Below are positions 24,913 to 37,400 of a DNA stretch of 64,000 bases, piece by piece. Origin of the DNA: Dicyema japonicum (Eukaryota; Animalia; Dicyemida); the NCBI GenBank assembly GCA_011109175.1, contig RDEW01000004.1, positions 2,133,875-2,197,874 on the forward strand. Direction: 5' to 3'. Each line of letters begins with the position of its first letter. Position 1 is the stretch's first letter. A program made the translations under genes and the position numbers. The notes below the pieces were generated by a model that did no database searches, was not told the DNA's origin, and was given only the letters and a program-made list of their open reading frames with translations.

Positions 24913-27475
24913 TCAGGATAACCCTGATTAATGCCCGCTCTCTTCGGAAGCGGGCTTCAGAGCTGACTGCATTGGTCAGCACAGTGCATATGGATGTTTT
25001 GATAGTAAATGAGACGAAGATCAAGAAGGGAAGTTCTTTTAAACTTAATGGATTTTCATCAATTGATATTCCGTGGAAGAAGGGTTCTATTTCTGGAACT
25101 GGAACTTCGATTTATTATAAATCTAATTTGAATACGAAGAGACCAAGAATTATTGAAGAAGATGTATGTGAACTAGTCAGTGTGCAAATACAAACAAATA
25201 TTGGATGGATAACAGTTGGAGGAATTTATTCTAAGAGCTTACGTGAGTACCCTTGGATCATTGAGAAATTTTTTAACGAAAACGTGAATTCGATTTTGGT
25301 TGGGGACATGAACGCAAAGCATGTTGATTATGGATGTGTTACAACAAATCAGGATGGAAAATGTCTTATAAAGTGGATGGAATCAGGAGAATTGAAAATT
25401 TTGACGTCAGCAGAAATAAATCACTATGCAACTTATAGTGGTGATAAACTTGGATTGTTCATAATGCCTCTGACGATGAGTGAAATGTGTGATCCTCCAT
25501 ATATCGAAAATGACATAGGAAGTGACCACATCCCACAAACGATTGAATTAAAAACTGGTCCGGTTTACACACGACAGTTATTCATTGGATATGATGTCAG
25601 CAAAATTGATTGGAATCACTTCAATTTCTACATCAGGCTGAAAATTGGTAATGTTTGTGATTTGGGGATTTCGAAACCGGAAGATATCGACATTCTGGAT
25701 AACAAAATAAGATCTTTGTTGTTAAGTTATCTGGAAAATTATGGAAAAAGAAAAAATCTGTTGCCGCAGGAAAATATGATAATAGGAGTAGAAGAACGCT
25801 CTTTGCGTCAGGAGAAGAATAAGTTAGAAAATAAATTAAAGAGGTGTTGGGATATCTTCGACTCTCAAGAACTTAAAATGCAGATCAAGTTAGTGAAGAA
25901 GAAAATAATGGATGTTGTAAAGAAGAATGAAGAAAAAGTATGGAAAAGAGAATGTTCAAAGTTACGTCGACAGAACCCAAAATTTTGGAAACTATATGCA
26001 AGAATGAATTCTCCCAGTAATAAGAATGAAGAAATATCTCTCAAGTCAGATGATGGTCTCACTATTCCAAAAGAAGAAATTCCAAATGTTTTACGTCGAC
26101 AATTGTCCAAAATTCAAGAGATAGATCCGGCATCTTTTATTCCGATAGAAGTACAAGATACAAGAAGTAGTTATAAAGAAAAGTCGAAATTGAGTGGTCC
26201 CTTGTGTCATCCTATAACGCTGGAAGAAATAAATGCTGCAATTAAGGGTTGCAAAAATAAAGCACCAGGGTGGGATTTTATCCCAATGAGTATTTTCAAG
26301 AACGCAGGCCCAATTTTGATTGAGTGCCTAAAAATATTATATAATTCTTCTTGGAGTTTTGGTCATGTTCCAGCTTATTGGAAACGAACAATTGTACGCA
26401 TGGTTGTGAAAAAAGGAAAGCCAAGGTCAAAAGCAGATAGTTATAGGCCAATTAGCCTAGTCTGCTCAATATCGAAAGTTATGGAAAAAATTGTTTTCAA
26501 TCGTCTATCAAGGCATGTTGAGGATAATAATTTTCTCTCTGATAATCAACTGGGATTTCGGCATAAAAAAGGGACTGGAGATTGCTTTAAAGAGCTAAGA
26601 TCTGCAATCGAAATTTCACGAAATAAAAAGGAATTTCTTACAATAGCATGTTTGGATATAACAAAAGCGTTTGACAGTGTTTGGCACTTTGGACTTGTTG
26701 ATACGTTGTCAAAAGCAGAAATTGGGAAAACTGCGTTATTATGGATAGAAAACTTTCTTTCAAAAAGAAAGTCATATATACGTGTTGGAAATTTAATTTC
26801 AAAGAAAATTGAATTGCGAAGAGGAGTTCCACAGGGTTCAATTCTCAGCCCGCTACTCTTCAATTGCGTAATGAGAGATTTGCCAAAACAGAGAGCGTAA
26901 ATAGTCAAATGATTATTTATGCTGATGACATTCTTGTGCTTGATTCAAGCATGAATAAACAAATTTCATGGAAAAGGGTGGAATCCCATATTACTAAGAT
27001 TGGAAAGTGGTGCCAAAACAATGGGTTGACTCTATCGAGGGAAAAAACAACAGTCACTTGGATTGCAAGTAAAAGAAAAAATATTAATCAATGTGTGAAT
27101 ACTGGGGATATAAAAATCTCTGAAACATTGAAGTATCTCGGATTGTTGATAGACCGAAGAGGATCTTTCAAGGAACATATTAAAACACGAAGAAAGAAAG
27201 CTACAGGAATGTTGAAATCTTTAATTCGATTTCATTTGGAGCCTGAAACTTTTCTTTTTGTGTATTCGGCGTGTGTTGAACCATTCTTGATATATGGTTA
27301 TCAAGGATGGTTTAGAACAAAAGAAAGTGATGTCTTTGTCAAAAAATTGGAAAAGTCCAGAAGATTTGCGATTAAATTGGCATATGGACTGGACTTAAAA
27401 TCTAATATCGAAGAGGATTACGACCTGAAAGTCAGAAAGATAGAAAAATTATTACATCACTTATGGAAAATGTGA
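24900..27475 (+). CDS. Family B ORF2, APE endonuclease plus reverse transcriptase
   Basis: LINARSL, NETK, GDMNAKH, SDHIP; YRPISL, QLGFR, LDITKAFD, GVPQGSILSPLLF, YADD. One frameshift near 26885, where this copy has 4 A and the copies at 28427 and 38310 have 5 A. Confidence 0.92.
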
Positions 27476-27636
27476 TGTAATTTTTGGGGTCCAAACGAAG
27501 TAGAGACATGTGGTGTCTCATAAAATGACCCTACACGATGAATACAAACCCACTTAATTAGTTTTGGTTCAGGTTTTGGTTTCTTTACAGTAATTAGTTT
27601 TGGGGTTTGTTAGAAAATAAAATTTGTCTTGTCTAT

Positions 27637-27648
27637 GGACGAAAAAGT
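27637..27648 (+). repeat. Recurrent 12-mer GGACGAAAAAGT, putative target-site duplication
   Basis: Exact copies at 27637, 28306, 29179, 33104, 38190 and 39063, and a partial GGACGA at 23846. Each lies at an element boundary. Confidence 0.9.
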
Positions 27649-27649
27649 A

Positions 27650-28305
27650 TTGAAGCTAACATTGCGAAGAAAAACAAAATTGACCAAAAAAAGGAAAGAA
27701 TCGAATGGAAAATTATTTCTAAAACGAGAAAATGCCCATAATGGAGAAAGTGAAGTTTCCAAAACTGGAACGAATAAGAAATTAAAGTCAGAGTTTAGAA
27801 TGTATGGGCAGACTGGCTGGAATACGACATATAATAAGAAACCTTCTAAAAAAGAAACAGTAGAAGCTTCAACACAGAGAATAGAGTGGTGCTCTTAAGA
27901 AGAGAGGGCAGCCACCGAAAAAACCAGAAGTAGTCAGGATAACCCTGATTAATGCCCGTTCTCTTCGGAAACGGGCCTCAGTGCTGGTTGCTATAGCCAG
28001 CACGATCCAGATGGAAGTTCTAATTATAAACGCAACTAAATTGAAGCACATGGATTGGATTTAGCATCTGAAATTGATGACGAATACGAAAGAAAAACAA
28101 GAAGAATCGGTGATTTATTACATTGCTTGTGGAAACTCGCATTGTAATTGGGGCTTTTTACGGAGAAGAGACATACGGTGTCTCATGAGAGTGCCCCGAT
28201 ATAGAAGACCCCAAATCTTGGCTTTCCTCTTTAGTTAATGGCTCTTACCTTGTTTAGTTAGTTGGGGTTTTGCGAATAAATCATGTTATCTGTTATCTGT
28301 TATCT
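27650..28305 (+). mobile_element. Internally deleted family B' derivative (ORF1 tail, ORF1/ORF2 junction, ORF2 end, 3' UTR)
   Basis: The APE start is fused near 28040 to AHGLDL...LLHCLWKL, which is homologous to the B ORF2 end. (TGTTATC)n tail; flanked by the 12-mer on both sides. Confidence 0.85.
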
Positions 28306-28317
28306 GGACGAAAAAGT

Positions 28318-29178
28318 ATATACGTGTTGGAAATTTAATTTCAAAGAAAATTGAATTGCGAAGAGGAGTTCCACAGGGTTCAATTCTCAGTCCGCTACTC
28401 TTCAATTGCGTAATGAGAGATTTGCCAAAAACAGAGAGCGTAAATAGTCAAATGATTATTTATGCTGATGACATTCTTGTGCTTGATTCAAGCATCAATA
28501 AACAAATTTCATGGAAAAGGGTGGAATCCCATATTACTAAGATTGGAAAGTGGTGCCAAAACAATGGGTTTACTCTATCGAGGGAAAAAACAACAGTCAC
28601 TTGGATTGCAAGTAAAAGAAAAAATATTAATCAATGTGTGAATACTGGGGATATAAAAATCTCTGAAACATTGAAGTATCTCGGATTGTTGATAGACCGA
28701 AGAGGATCTTTCAAGGAACATATTAAAACACGAAGAAAGAAAGCTACAGGAATGTTGAAATCTTTAATTCGATTTCATTTGGAGCCAGAAACTTTTCTTT
28801 TTGTGTATTCGGCGTGTGTTGAACCATTTTTGATATATGGTTATCAAGGATGGTTTAGAACAAAAGAAAGTGATGTCTTTGTCAAAAAATTGGAAAAGTC
28901 CAGAAGATTTGCGATTAAATTGGCATATGGACTGGACTTAAAATCTAATATCGAAGAGGATTACGACCTGAAAGTCAGAAAGATAGAAAAATTATTACAT
29001 CACTTATGGAAAATGTGATGTAATTTTTGGGGTCCAAACGAAGTAGAGACATGTGGTGTCTCATAAAATGACCCTACACGATGAATACAAACCCACTTTA
29101 TTAGTTTTGGTTCAGGTTTTGGTTTCTTTACAGTAATTAGTTTTGGGGTTTGTTAGAAAATAAAATTTGTCTTGTCTT
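28318..29178 (+). mobile_element. 5'-truncated family B copy
   Basis: Nearly identical to 26776-27636 (PQG, YADD, C-terminus, tail); bounded by 12-mers. Confidence 0.92.
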
Positions 29179-29190
29179 GGACGAAAAAGT

Positions 29191-32100
29191 AATAAGGAAT
29201 TTTTCCGAATTTTGGTTGCCATGGTTGTTTCAAGAAAGGCGAAAGTTTCAACGAAAAATGGAAACTCCTCTCGTCCCCCGGGGGCTACTACTGCTCAGTC
29301 ATTTGCTCTGGAAAACAAGACGCCGCAAAAGGCAGAACCTCCTAAACCTGCCAATGAACCAACGAAGTACGACTCTTCAGTTATGAATAAAGCATCAAAC
29401 GAACCAAATCCCACAGAAAACTTGTCCGTGCTGATAACAGTGAATTCCGCCACCAGTGCAATAAGGATTGCGAACACACTATACCTCTATGACCAACACG
29501 GATGCATGAGGATGAGCCACAGAGGACCGGGCTCCTTCCGTCTGGACTTCCGAGACAACTCACACATGGCCACCTACATGGAGGCCATAAATGAGACCTG
29601 TCCCTTTGGTCTGGACAACCACCACTTTAGGGCAATCTCAGCTAAACCATCTGAGATTGTCCTGAGGAACCTTCCGTTCTGGGTGAGGGAGGACGACCTC
29701 TTGGACTACCTACAGGAAATGGCTCCCTCAACTACGAAAGTGACCCGAATGTCCAAAGGATCGCGGCCCATGCCAATGGCGATGGCCACGATTAAGAGTA
29801 GACCAGAAGCCACATCGTTAATACGTTGTGGTTTCTATATTGGAGTGAACAAAATATCCTGCGAGTGGAAGAGAAGAGGACCGCCGATCTGTTATAAATG
29901 TCAGCATATAGGCCACTTCTCATACCAGTGCACAGGAAAACAAAGATGTCTACGTTGCGCGGGAGAACACGATATCTCCAAATGTATTATAATATTGGAT
30001 TCTGAACGGAAATGTATCAATTGTGGGTCTGCCAAACACGGTGCGAGGTATGAAGGATGCCCTGTGCTTGTGGAGGCCAGGCGAAAGCTCATTCCTCAAA
30101 TCCAAAAAGCAGATGTGAAACCTACGAACGACATAGACAACGACAAGGTTGAGACGCTACCACGAAAAAGAACTGTTGGTCCAAGTGTTAACAAGCCGTC
30201 TGCAGATAATCTACCAAAGAAACGGCATGGCAAACCAGAGGAAAATACCAGGAAGAATCAAAGAAGAACTACATGAAATTATTACAAGATTGAGAGAACT
30301 TAGTGTTACTTTGGGAGTGGATTTACGGGAAATGGTGGACCTGGCCATGGAGAGCCCGGGCCACCAAAAAGAAATCTGAAAAGAATCCTAAAGTTAGTGC
30401 TGGTGAATGCTCGCTCCTTGGTGAAAAGGCATGATGAACTAGCACTACTTATGAGGACTGCCAAGGCAGATGTCTTGGTAGTCAACGAGACGAAGATTCG
30501 AGAAGGAAGGCATTATATTCTGGAAGGATATGACTCAGTGGACATTCCATGGAAAGATGGAGCAGTTGCTGGAACAGGAACCTCAATCTTCTTTCATAAA
30601 CTATTGCAAACTCGAAACGACTGCATTATATCGGCCGACGATTCGGAATTCGTGTCTGTCGACGTGCAATGTGGTGGAACGTGGATAACCGTGGGAGGGC
30701 TATATTCTAAGGACTTGGCCCGGTCCTCTGTGAAAATTGTCGAGTTCTTCGAAAGAAACCCAATGTCGATCCTTGTGGGAGATTTGAACGCCAAGAACAG
30801 GACCTATGGATGCTATGGAAACAACAGGGACGGTCAACTACTAGCAGATTTGGTCGGGGAAATTGGAGTCGAAGTCTTAACGACCGAAGAACCTAACCAC
30901 TTCTCATACTACGGGGGTGATATGCTGGGATTGGCCTTAGTATCTCCACAACTACTAGACCATGTAAACAGGCCAAGGTTACTCTGGGATATAGGGAGTG
31001 ACCATATCCCTATGGAGATGACATAAATCTTGAACCGGATATTATTGAAGACATTTTTCTGTATTATGATACCTCGTCGGTAGACTGGGAACATTATCGT
31101 CATTATTTATCGAAGAGTATATTGATGAAGATTAATTATTCCTTTTCTACAGATAATGAGTTGGATTCTTTCAACCAAGATCTATCCAATACTATTACGA
31201 TGTATCTGCGATTATATGCAAAGAAGATTTACTCAAAAATCCTTCCGAAAACGAATCAGTCCTGCCCTCCCTCTATTCGGGGTCTAATTCGCGAGAGGAA
31301 TACTCTGAAGACGAAACACAGACGATGTGTGGACATGTGGGACAGGATAACTTTGAAAAACAATATCGATGCTATCCAAAAAGTTATACAAAGAGCCTGG
31401 AAGTTGTATTCCGAAAACCAAGTTAGGAAAGCAGCCTCGAAAGTGCACCGGAAGAATCCTTGCTTCTGGAAATTGTACTCCAGACTGACCAACAAAAATT
31501 TGAGAGCAAAGAACATTGTACTGGCGGATCAAGATGGAAGAACAATTCCCCTGGACAGAGTACCGTCAGTATTCAGGAAACAATTAGAAAACATACAGGG
31601 AGTAGACCCAGTCAGTATTATATCTGAAAAATTCTCAGAAGATATATCTAGCTCTATGGATTACTCCATAGACGATCTGAATAGTATGGAAGAGGAAATC
31701 ACATTGGCAGAAGTCAAGACTGCTATACGGGAGTGCAAAAACAAGGCTCCTGGTTTTGATAGCATTCCGATGACTATGTTTAAAGAAGGATCCGATGAAT
31801 TTCTGTCTGTTCTACAAAAGATGTATAACGCAAGTTTCAAGCTCGGACATTCCCCTTCACTATGGAAGCACTCAATTGTAAAGATGATCCCTAAACCTGG
31901 AAAGTCGAGGAAAGATCCTCTTAGTTATAGGCCTATAAGCCTTATCTGTTCTACATCGAAGATTATGGAACGGATTATTTTCAAGAAATTGAATCAGTAC
32001 ATAGAAAAGATTAATTTTCTACAGTGTTACCAATGGGGTTTTCGGCCAGGGAGATCGTGTGGTAATTGCATTTACTCTCTAAACTATGAGATTGCAAATG

Positions 32101-33103
32101 CTTTTGAGAAGAGGAGCCAGTTGAGCCTTGTCTGCCTTGACATATCTAAGGCTTTCGACAGCGTATGGCACGAGGCCCTATTCTGTCAACTGGTTCGATC
32201 AAAAATATCAAGACAAATGTTCCTATGGCTGAAGAACCTGTTGACTGGGAGAATATCAAACGTGGTGGTTGGTGGAAGATACTCCGAAGATATATTGTTT
32301 AAAAGGGGAGTGCCGCAGGGGTCTATTCTAAGCCCTCTATTATTCAACGTATTTATGGAAGATTTTCCTTCTCCACAAAACGTTAGGACCAAGCTGATGA
32401 TTTATGCGGATGACATCTTAATCCTAGACTCATCTCTGAAGGCCTACATCTCTGAGCGACGAATCGGGGCTTTTGTCGACAGAGTTCGGACATGGTGCGA
32501 TAGGAGAGGGATGAAACTATCCACAGAAAAATCCAGTTACTTGCGAATATGCAGGCTGGGTCGACACCAGAGAGAGATGTATACGCTACGGATACCGAGA
32601 GTCTCTAGCCTGAAATACCTGGGATTGCAGTGGATGGAAGAGGATCGTACCGGAAGGACATCGAGGAGCGGAGAAAGAAGCCGTTCAAGCGATGTTCTGC
32701 TCCAGAAAACTTATGCTGGACGCCGATACAATGCTCTATATCTTCCAAACTGTGATTCTCCCAAGACTGATATATGGATGCGAGGGATGGTATTTATACT
32801 CTCTCGAGAGAAAGGATTCTCGCTCGCCTGGAGAAAACAAGGCGCGAGCGGCGATAAAAAATATCTCTGGGGAGGAAATTACATGAAAGCCTCTCCGAGG
32901 AAGAGAATAGCCTTGTCAGGCCGGTAAAAATAGATATCGAAGTAAGGTTGGGCAACCAGCTTCTCAATACGTACTAAATGGACGACTACAATGGAGATGG
33001 GATACGTGTGAAGTGTCCAGGCCGCAAAGGCGGACACGATTAAATCCCTTTAATTGACTCCTTACTTACTTTGGAATAAATTTGATTTGATTTGATTTGA
33101 TTT
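29191..33103 (+). mobile_element. Non-LTR retrotransposon family C, apparently full length, copy 1
   Basis: Short 5' UTR, ORF1 from ATG 29221 to about 30379 (CYKCQHIGHFSYQC, CLRCAGEHDISKC, CINCGSAKH), ORF2 about 30358-32977 (LVNARSL, GDLNAK, SDHIP, LDISKAFD, PQGSIL, YADD) with frameshifts. 3' hairpin and (ATTTG)n tail; 12-mer on both sides. Confidence 0.93.
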
Positions 33104-33115
33104 GGACGAAAAAGT

Positions 33116-34100
33116 GGTGCCACTGGTGAAAAAAGTGGTGCCACTTGTGCTACAAGACTAAGAAATATACTACGAGTGGAGAAGCATACTTCAGGCCTAA
33201 TGGAGATGTGTTGAAAGATGTTTTGTTTGTTCAGATTCACATAGAAGATCGCAGTGTCCAGTTAAAAACAATAATAAGTTTTTGAATTTGTTGGTTCATC
33301 CATCGACTTTGCCAATTATGGAAGATGTCCCAAGGCTGTTGAAGCTAACATAGCGAAAAAAAAAACAAAATTGACCAAAAAGGAAAGAATCGAATGGAAA
33401 ATTATCTCTAAAACGAGAAAATGCCCATAATGGAGAAAGTGAAGTTTCCAAATTTGGAACGAATAAGAAATTAAAACTGGCTGGAATAGGACATATAATA
33501 AGAAACATTCTAAAAAAGAAACAGTAGAAGCTTCAATACAGAGAAGAGAGGGCAGCCACCGAAAAAAAAAAAAAACCAGAAGTAGTCAGGATAACCCTGA
33601 TTAATGCCCGTTCTCTTTGGAAACGGGCCTCAGTGCTGGTTGCTATAGCCAGCACGATCCAGATGGAAGTTTCTAATTATAAACGAAACTAAATTATGGA
33701 AGATGCCCCAAGGCTGTTGAAGCTAACATGCGAAGAAAAACAAAATTGACCAAAAAGGAAAGAATCGAATGGAAAATTATTTCTAAAACGAGAAAATGCC
33801 CATAATGGAGAAAGGTGAAGTTTCCAAAACTGGAACGAATAAGAAATTAAAGTCAGAGTTTAGAAAAAGGAAAGAATCGAATGGAAAATTATTTCTAAAA
33901 CGAGAAAATGCATATAATGGAGAAAGTGAAGTTTCCAAAACTGGAACGAATAAGAAATTAAAGTCAGAGTTTAGAATGTATGGGCAGACTGGCTGGAATA
34001 CGACATATAATAAGAAACCTTCTAAAAAAGAAACAGTAGAAGCTTCAACACCAGAGAATAGAGTGGTGCTCTTAAGAAGAGAGGGCAGCCACCGAAAAAA
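33116..34100 (+). repeat. Tandem B'-derived units (short array)
   Basis: Same ORF1-tail/junction units as 42976-48404. Confidence 0.8.
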
Positions 34101-34451
34101 TTTTCCTCAACCAAGGCATAATTAGGGAGACTTACCGAAAACCTTGTCAATTCAAACATAAGATATAACACCCTGTATAAACTTTCCGGATTATAAATGA
34201 GAGAAAAGGTGATTCAAACTGTTAATACCATAAGCGAGAAAAGCCCACAATTAAAAGTAAATGAATATTAATATAATTATAAAACATCACCCATAAATGA
34301 TCAAGTGACAATGTAGTATAGTTACCAACACAATCCGTAAAAGTATTAATATCAATCTTTATTTGAAAGTCTCATCTTATCCTCATCACTCAATGACCCA
34401 TTCACTATATAATCACATAATAATCAACCTTGTAATACACTACCCCTCAGT
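34096..34451 (-). pseudogene. Duplicated COG2 3' end (last intron, last exon, 3' flank)
   Basis: Nearly identical to about 14006-14362, with single-base indels in A runs. Confidence 0.85.
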
Positions 34452-37400
34452 CGAGTGGTTCCGATTACTTATACAAATGATCTTCGAATAAAATATATAA
34501 CAAGAGAATTTGAATACATTTATATTTTTTAATAATTTATTATTTAATGTTAGAAATAAACGTTCAGGAAATGATATTGAATGTTTAAGGCTAAAAAGTC
34601 ACGATAGGATATCCAAGGAACGTTTCCGAAGCTTAGATTTACCTGCATTGACAAACCCGTCACTTTTGGTGTCATCCAAAATAACAATATGAAGTTGCGA
34701 AATCAAAGAAGCCACATAATATTGCAGAGAATCTTATTAATCCGTGTCCATTGGAAATAGTGAAATAGTCCTGGGTCCAACGTCTGTCGAAAACTGCACC
34801 AGATTTCTTTGTCAAATAATTGTATCCGGGACCGAATTAACTGTATCAGTGATGATATTCTTAAACAAGTTGTTTCGGACATTAAGAATTCTCGCATCAA
34901 GATTTCAATCCTGTTGGATGAATCATCGATGTTGATAATTGCAGTTAACTAATTGGCTATGTTCGTTATGTACAATAAAATTGAGACTTTTTTTAATGAA
35001 CATGATATTCCATAGGAAATTATTGGGTCAATTTGCTTGGAGGGTGCTCCAGTTATGCTGGGAAACAGGTCTTGGGTTTGCAGCCCATTTGAGAAAACAT
35101 GTTCAAGATGTAACAGTTACTCCTACATCATTTATTGGCATTCGCTCATATCGAAGTCTTTGTCGATTAATTTAAAAGATGTCTTTAATTTGTCTGTCAA
35201 AATCGTGAATTTCATTTGAAGAAGGGCTTTGAATCATTGATTGTTCAAAGCATTATGTATTGATGCAGACGCCACTGTTCTTTTGCATCATACCGATGTC
35301 AGATGATTGTCAAAGGTCGTGTTTTGACAAGATTTTTTATTCTCAGACTTGAAATCAATCAATGTTGTACGACTCAAATTCTTTGGATATTTTTTTGGTG
35401 GGTTCGCAAGTAAGGTTTCCTGTGGTTTTCCATTGTTCCCACTGTAGCATGAAAGAGCTTTGCAGAAGAATCCGATTGGAGAAGGGAACTTTTTAACCAA
35501 TCAGTTTTTTTTCTTTGGAAGTGGACAGCCGAAGTGGGTTCCATCTTCCTTACAGACGCGAAGAAAACCGGATCCGCGACTACGGTCGTAGTTTCTGTGG
35601 GAGTACCAGTTGATCCAGTATGAAGGCACAATATATGAATAGTTCTTGAGTCTTTAGAGTGTAATTCCCGATAACGCGAATCTCCACGCAGAGGCATACT
35701 TTAAGGCCGGTCTAAGAATAGTTCGTGGTTAGGTTACTTCTTCGGTTTATGGGCCCGCATATTAATATCCAGGTGTGTCGAGAATATCTTGAACTGACGC
35801 CCAGTAATGTTTCATAAGTAGGTTAAGGTGTATATGACAAATGTGTTTTGGAGAAGGCTTTCCAGTTTATCTTCCAACTACGATTAAATCCGTTTTAGTG
35901 TTTTCCAGAATTGACGTGATAAACTTTTCCCGTTGAGGCAATTGATCAAGTGTCGCCATCACTGATCCTGGTGTTCTCCTATACTCAGACTGACATTTTT
36001 GTTGAGTTATTATTTATTTATTGTGACCGGTTGAATACGAGCCCAGGTTAAAGGCGTTATACGTGGCTGATGATATATGCGGATGACATCTTAATCCTAG
36101 ATTCATCTCTGAAAGCCTACATCTCTGAGCGACGAATCGGGGCTTTTGTCGACAGAGTTCAGGTTTGGTGCGATAGGAGAGGGATGAAACTATCCACAGA
36201 AAAATCCAGTTACTTGCGAATATGCAGGCGTTAAAGCCGTTAGAAATCAATAATTTTTTTAATGAAAAATAAATCAATGAATTAATTCCTATCTTTATAA
36301 TGATTAGTAATTTTAATAATTTAAATTTCTCACAAATTTTCATTTTTTAACGGCTAACATCTGATAGAATAGTAATAGATTTTTGCTCACGCTTGTTTTT
36401 GTTTTTTGTTATGAAGGTTGTCTACTTTACTCTGCTGCAAAAGCAAGAAATAATAACCTATCTGAGATACCAAATTTAACCATCCAATTTGCTGAAGGAG
36501 AAACGAAATTTCATAAGAACTGCGTCATTATTCAGACTAAAAGACTCATTGCCGGCTCAACTATTTTTTTTCAAAACAAGTGGAATTTTATTGCACGTGT
36601 TCGCTGTGGAAGAAGATGAACAGAAGAGGATATTTATTGAAAATGTTCACCTCAAAAATGGACATCCTGGTCGTGATAGACTTCTTTCTCTTCTAAAGAA
36701 TCTAGTCTATGTATCTTGCAGAGATGAAGTTATGGTTGTTCTCAGGTCTTGTTCACAATGTCTGGCAAGACGGCTCATGAACACTCGACCAACTATAACA
36801 CCTATCAGAGCATATACAGTGAGAGAGAGGTACTAGTTAAATATTCTAATTTCAGGTATATTTTAGATTTGGTTGATATACGACACTATTCAAATTTTAA
36901 TGAAAATTTTTGATGGCTTTTGGTTGGGATGGATTCCTTTTCCAAATTTTGCTGGACAAGACCTCTAAAGAGTAAATCGGCTACGGTGGTGTCAAGTGCA
37001 ATAAAGAGCATAATTTTAATCAAAGAATTTGAATTTCAAATGGATAAACATAATTGAAGAAATTACAAGTTCCTATAATTCTTTACAGCATTCAACAACG
37101 TTGCACGCTCCTTTTAAATTTATGTTCGGAGCTTCTGCCAATGAAACCATAAATAATCATTACTCAGCAGAGGAAATGAATGAAATATTCAACCAAATTG
37201 ATTTATGGAATGAAGAAACACAAACTGAAGCAACTGAATATCTTGCATGGTTTTGGTCATCAAATGAAACTTTGAGAACAAAAGCAATTTTAAATTCAAA
37301 CATTGCTGAAAGAAAAATGATAACTAAAAGAAGGTGGAAGAATGATATTTCTATCTTTAACATCGGTGATCGCGTTGTTAGAAGGGTCTATCTTGATAAT

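Larger units (their letters stand above)
23852..27636 (+). mobile_element. Non-LTR retrotransposon family B (I/Jockey/R1 group-like), near full length
   Basis: gag-like ORF1 plus APE-RT ORF2, a 3' UTR with hairpins and a (TTGTC)n tail, followed by the 12-mer at 27637. No RNase H. Confidence 0.93.

Noticed and set aside
27637-27648. GGACGAAA as a hammerhead ribozyme core
   Set aside because: There is no upstream CTGATGA or stem II at any of the six copies.
33116-33150. Resemblance of TGAAAAAAGTGG to the Cas9 tracrRNA 3' end; array as CRISPR
   Set aside because: The match is only a short A-rich stretch. The context is eukaryotic, with no repeat-spacer structure and no cas genes.
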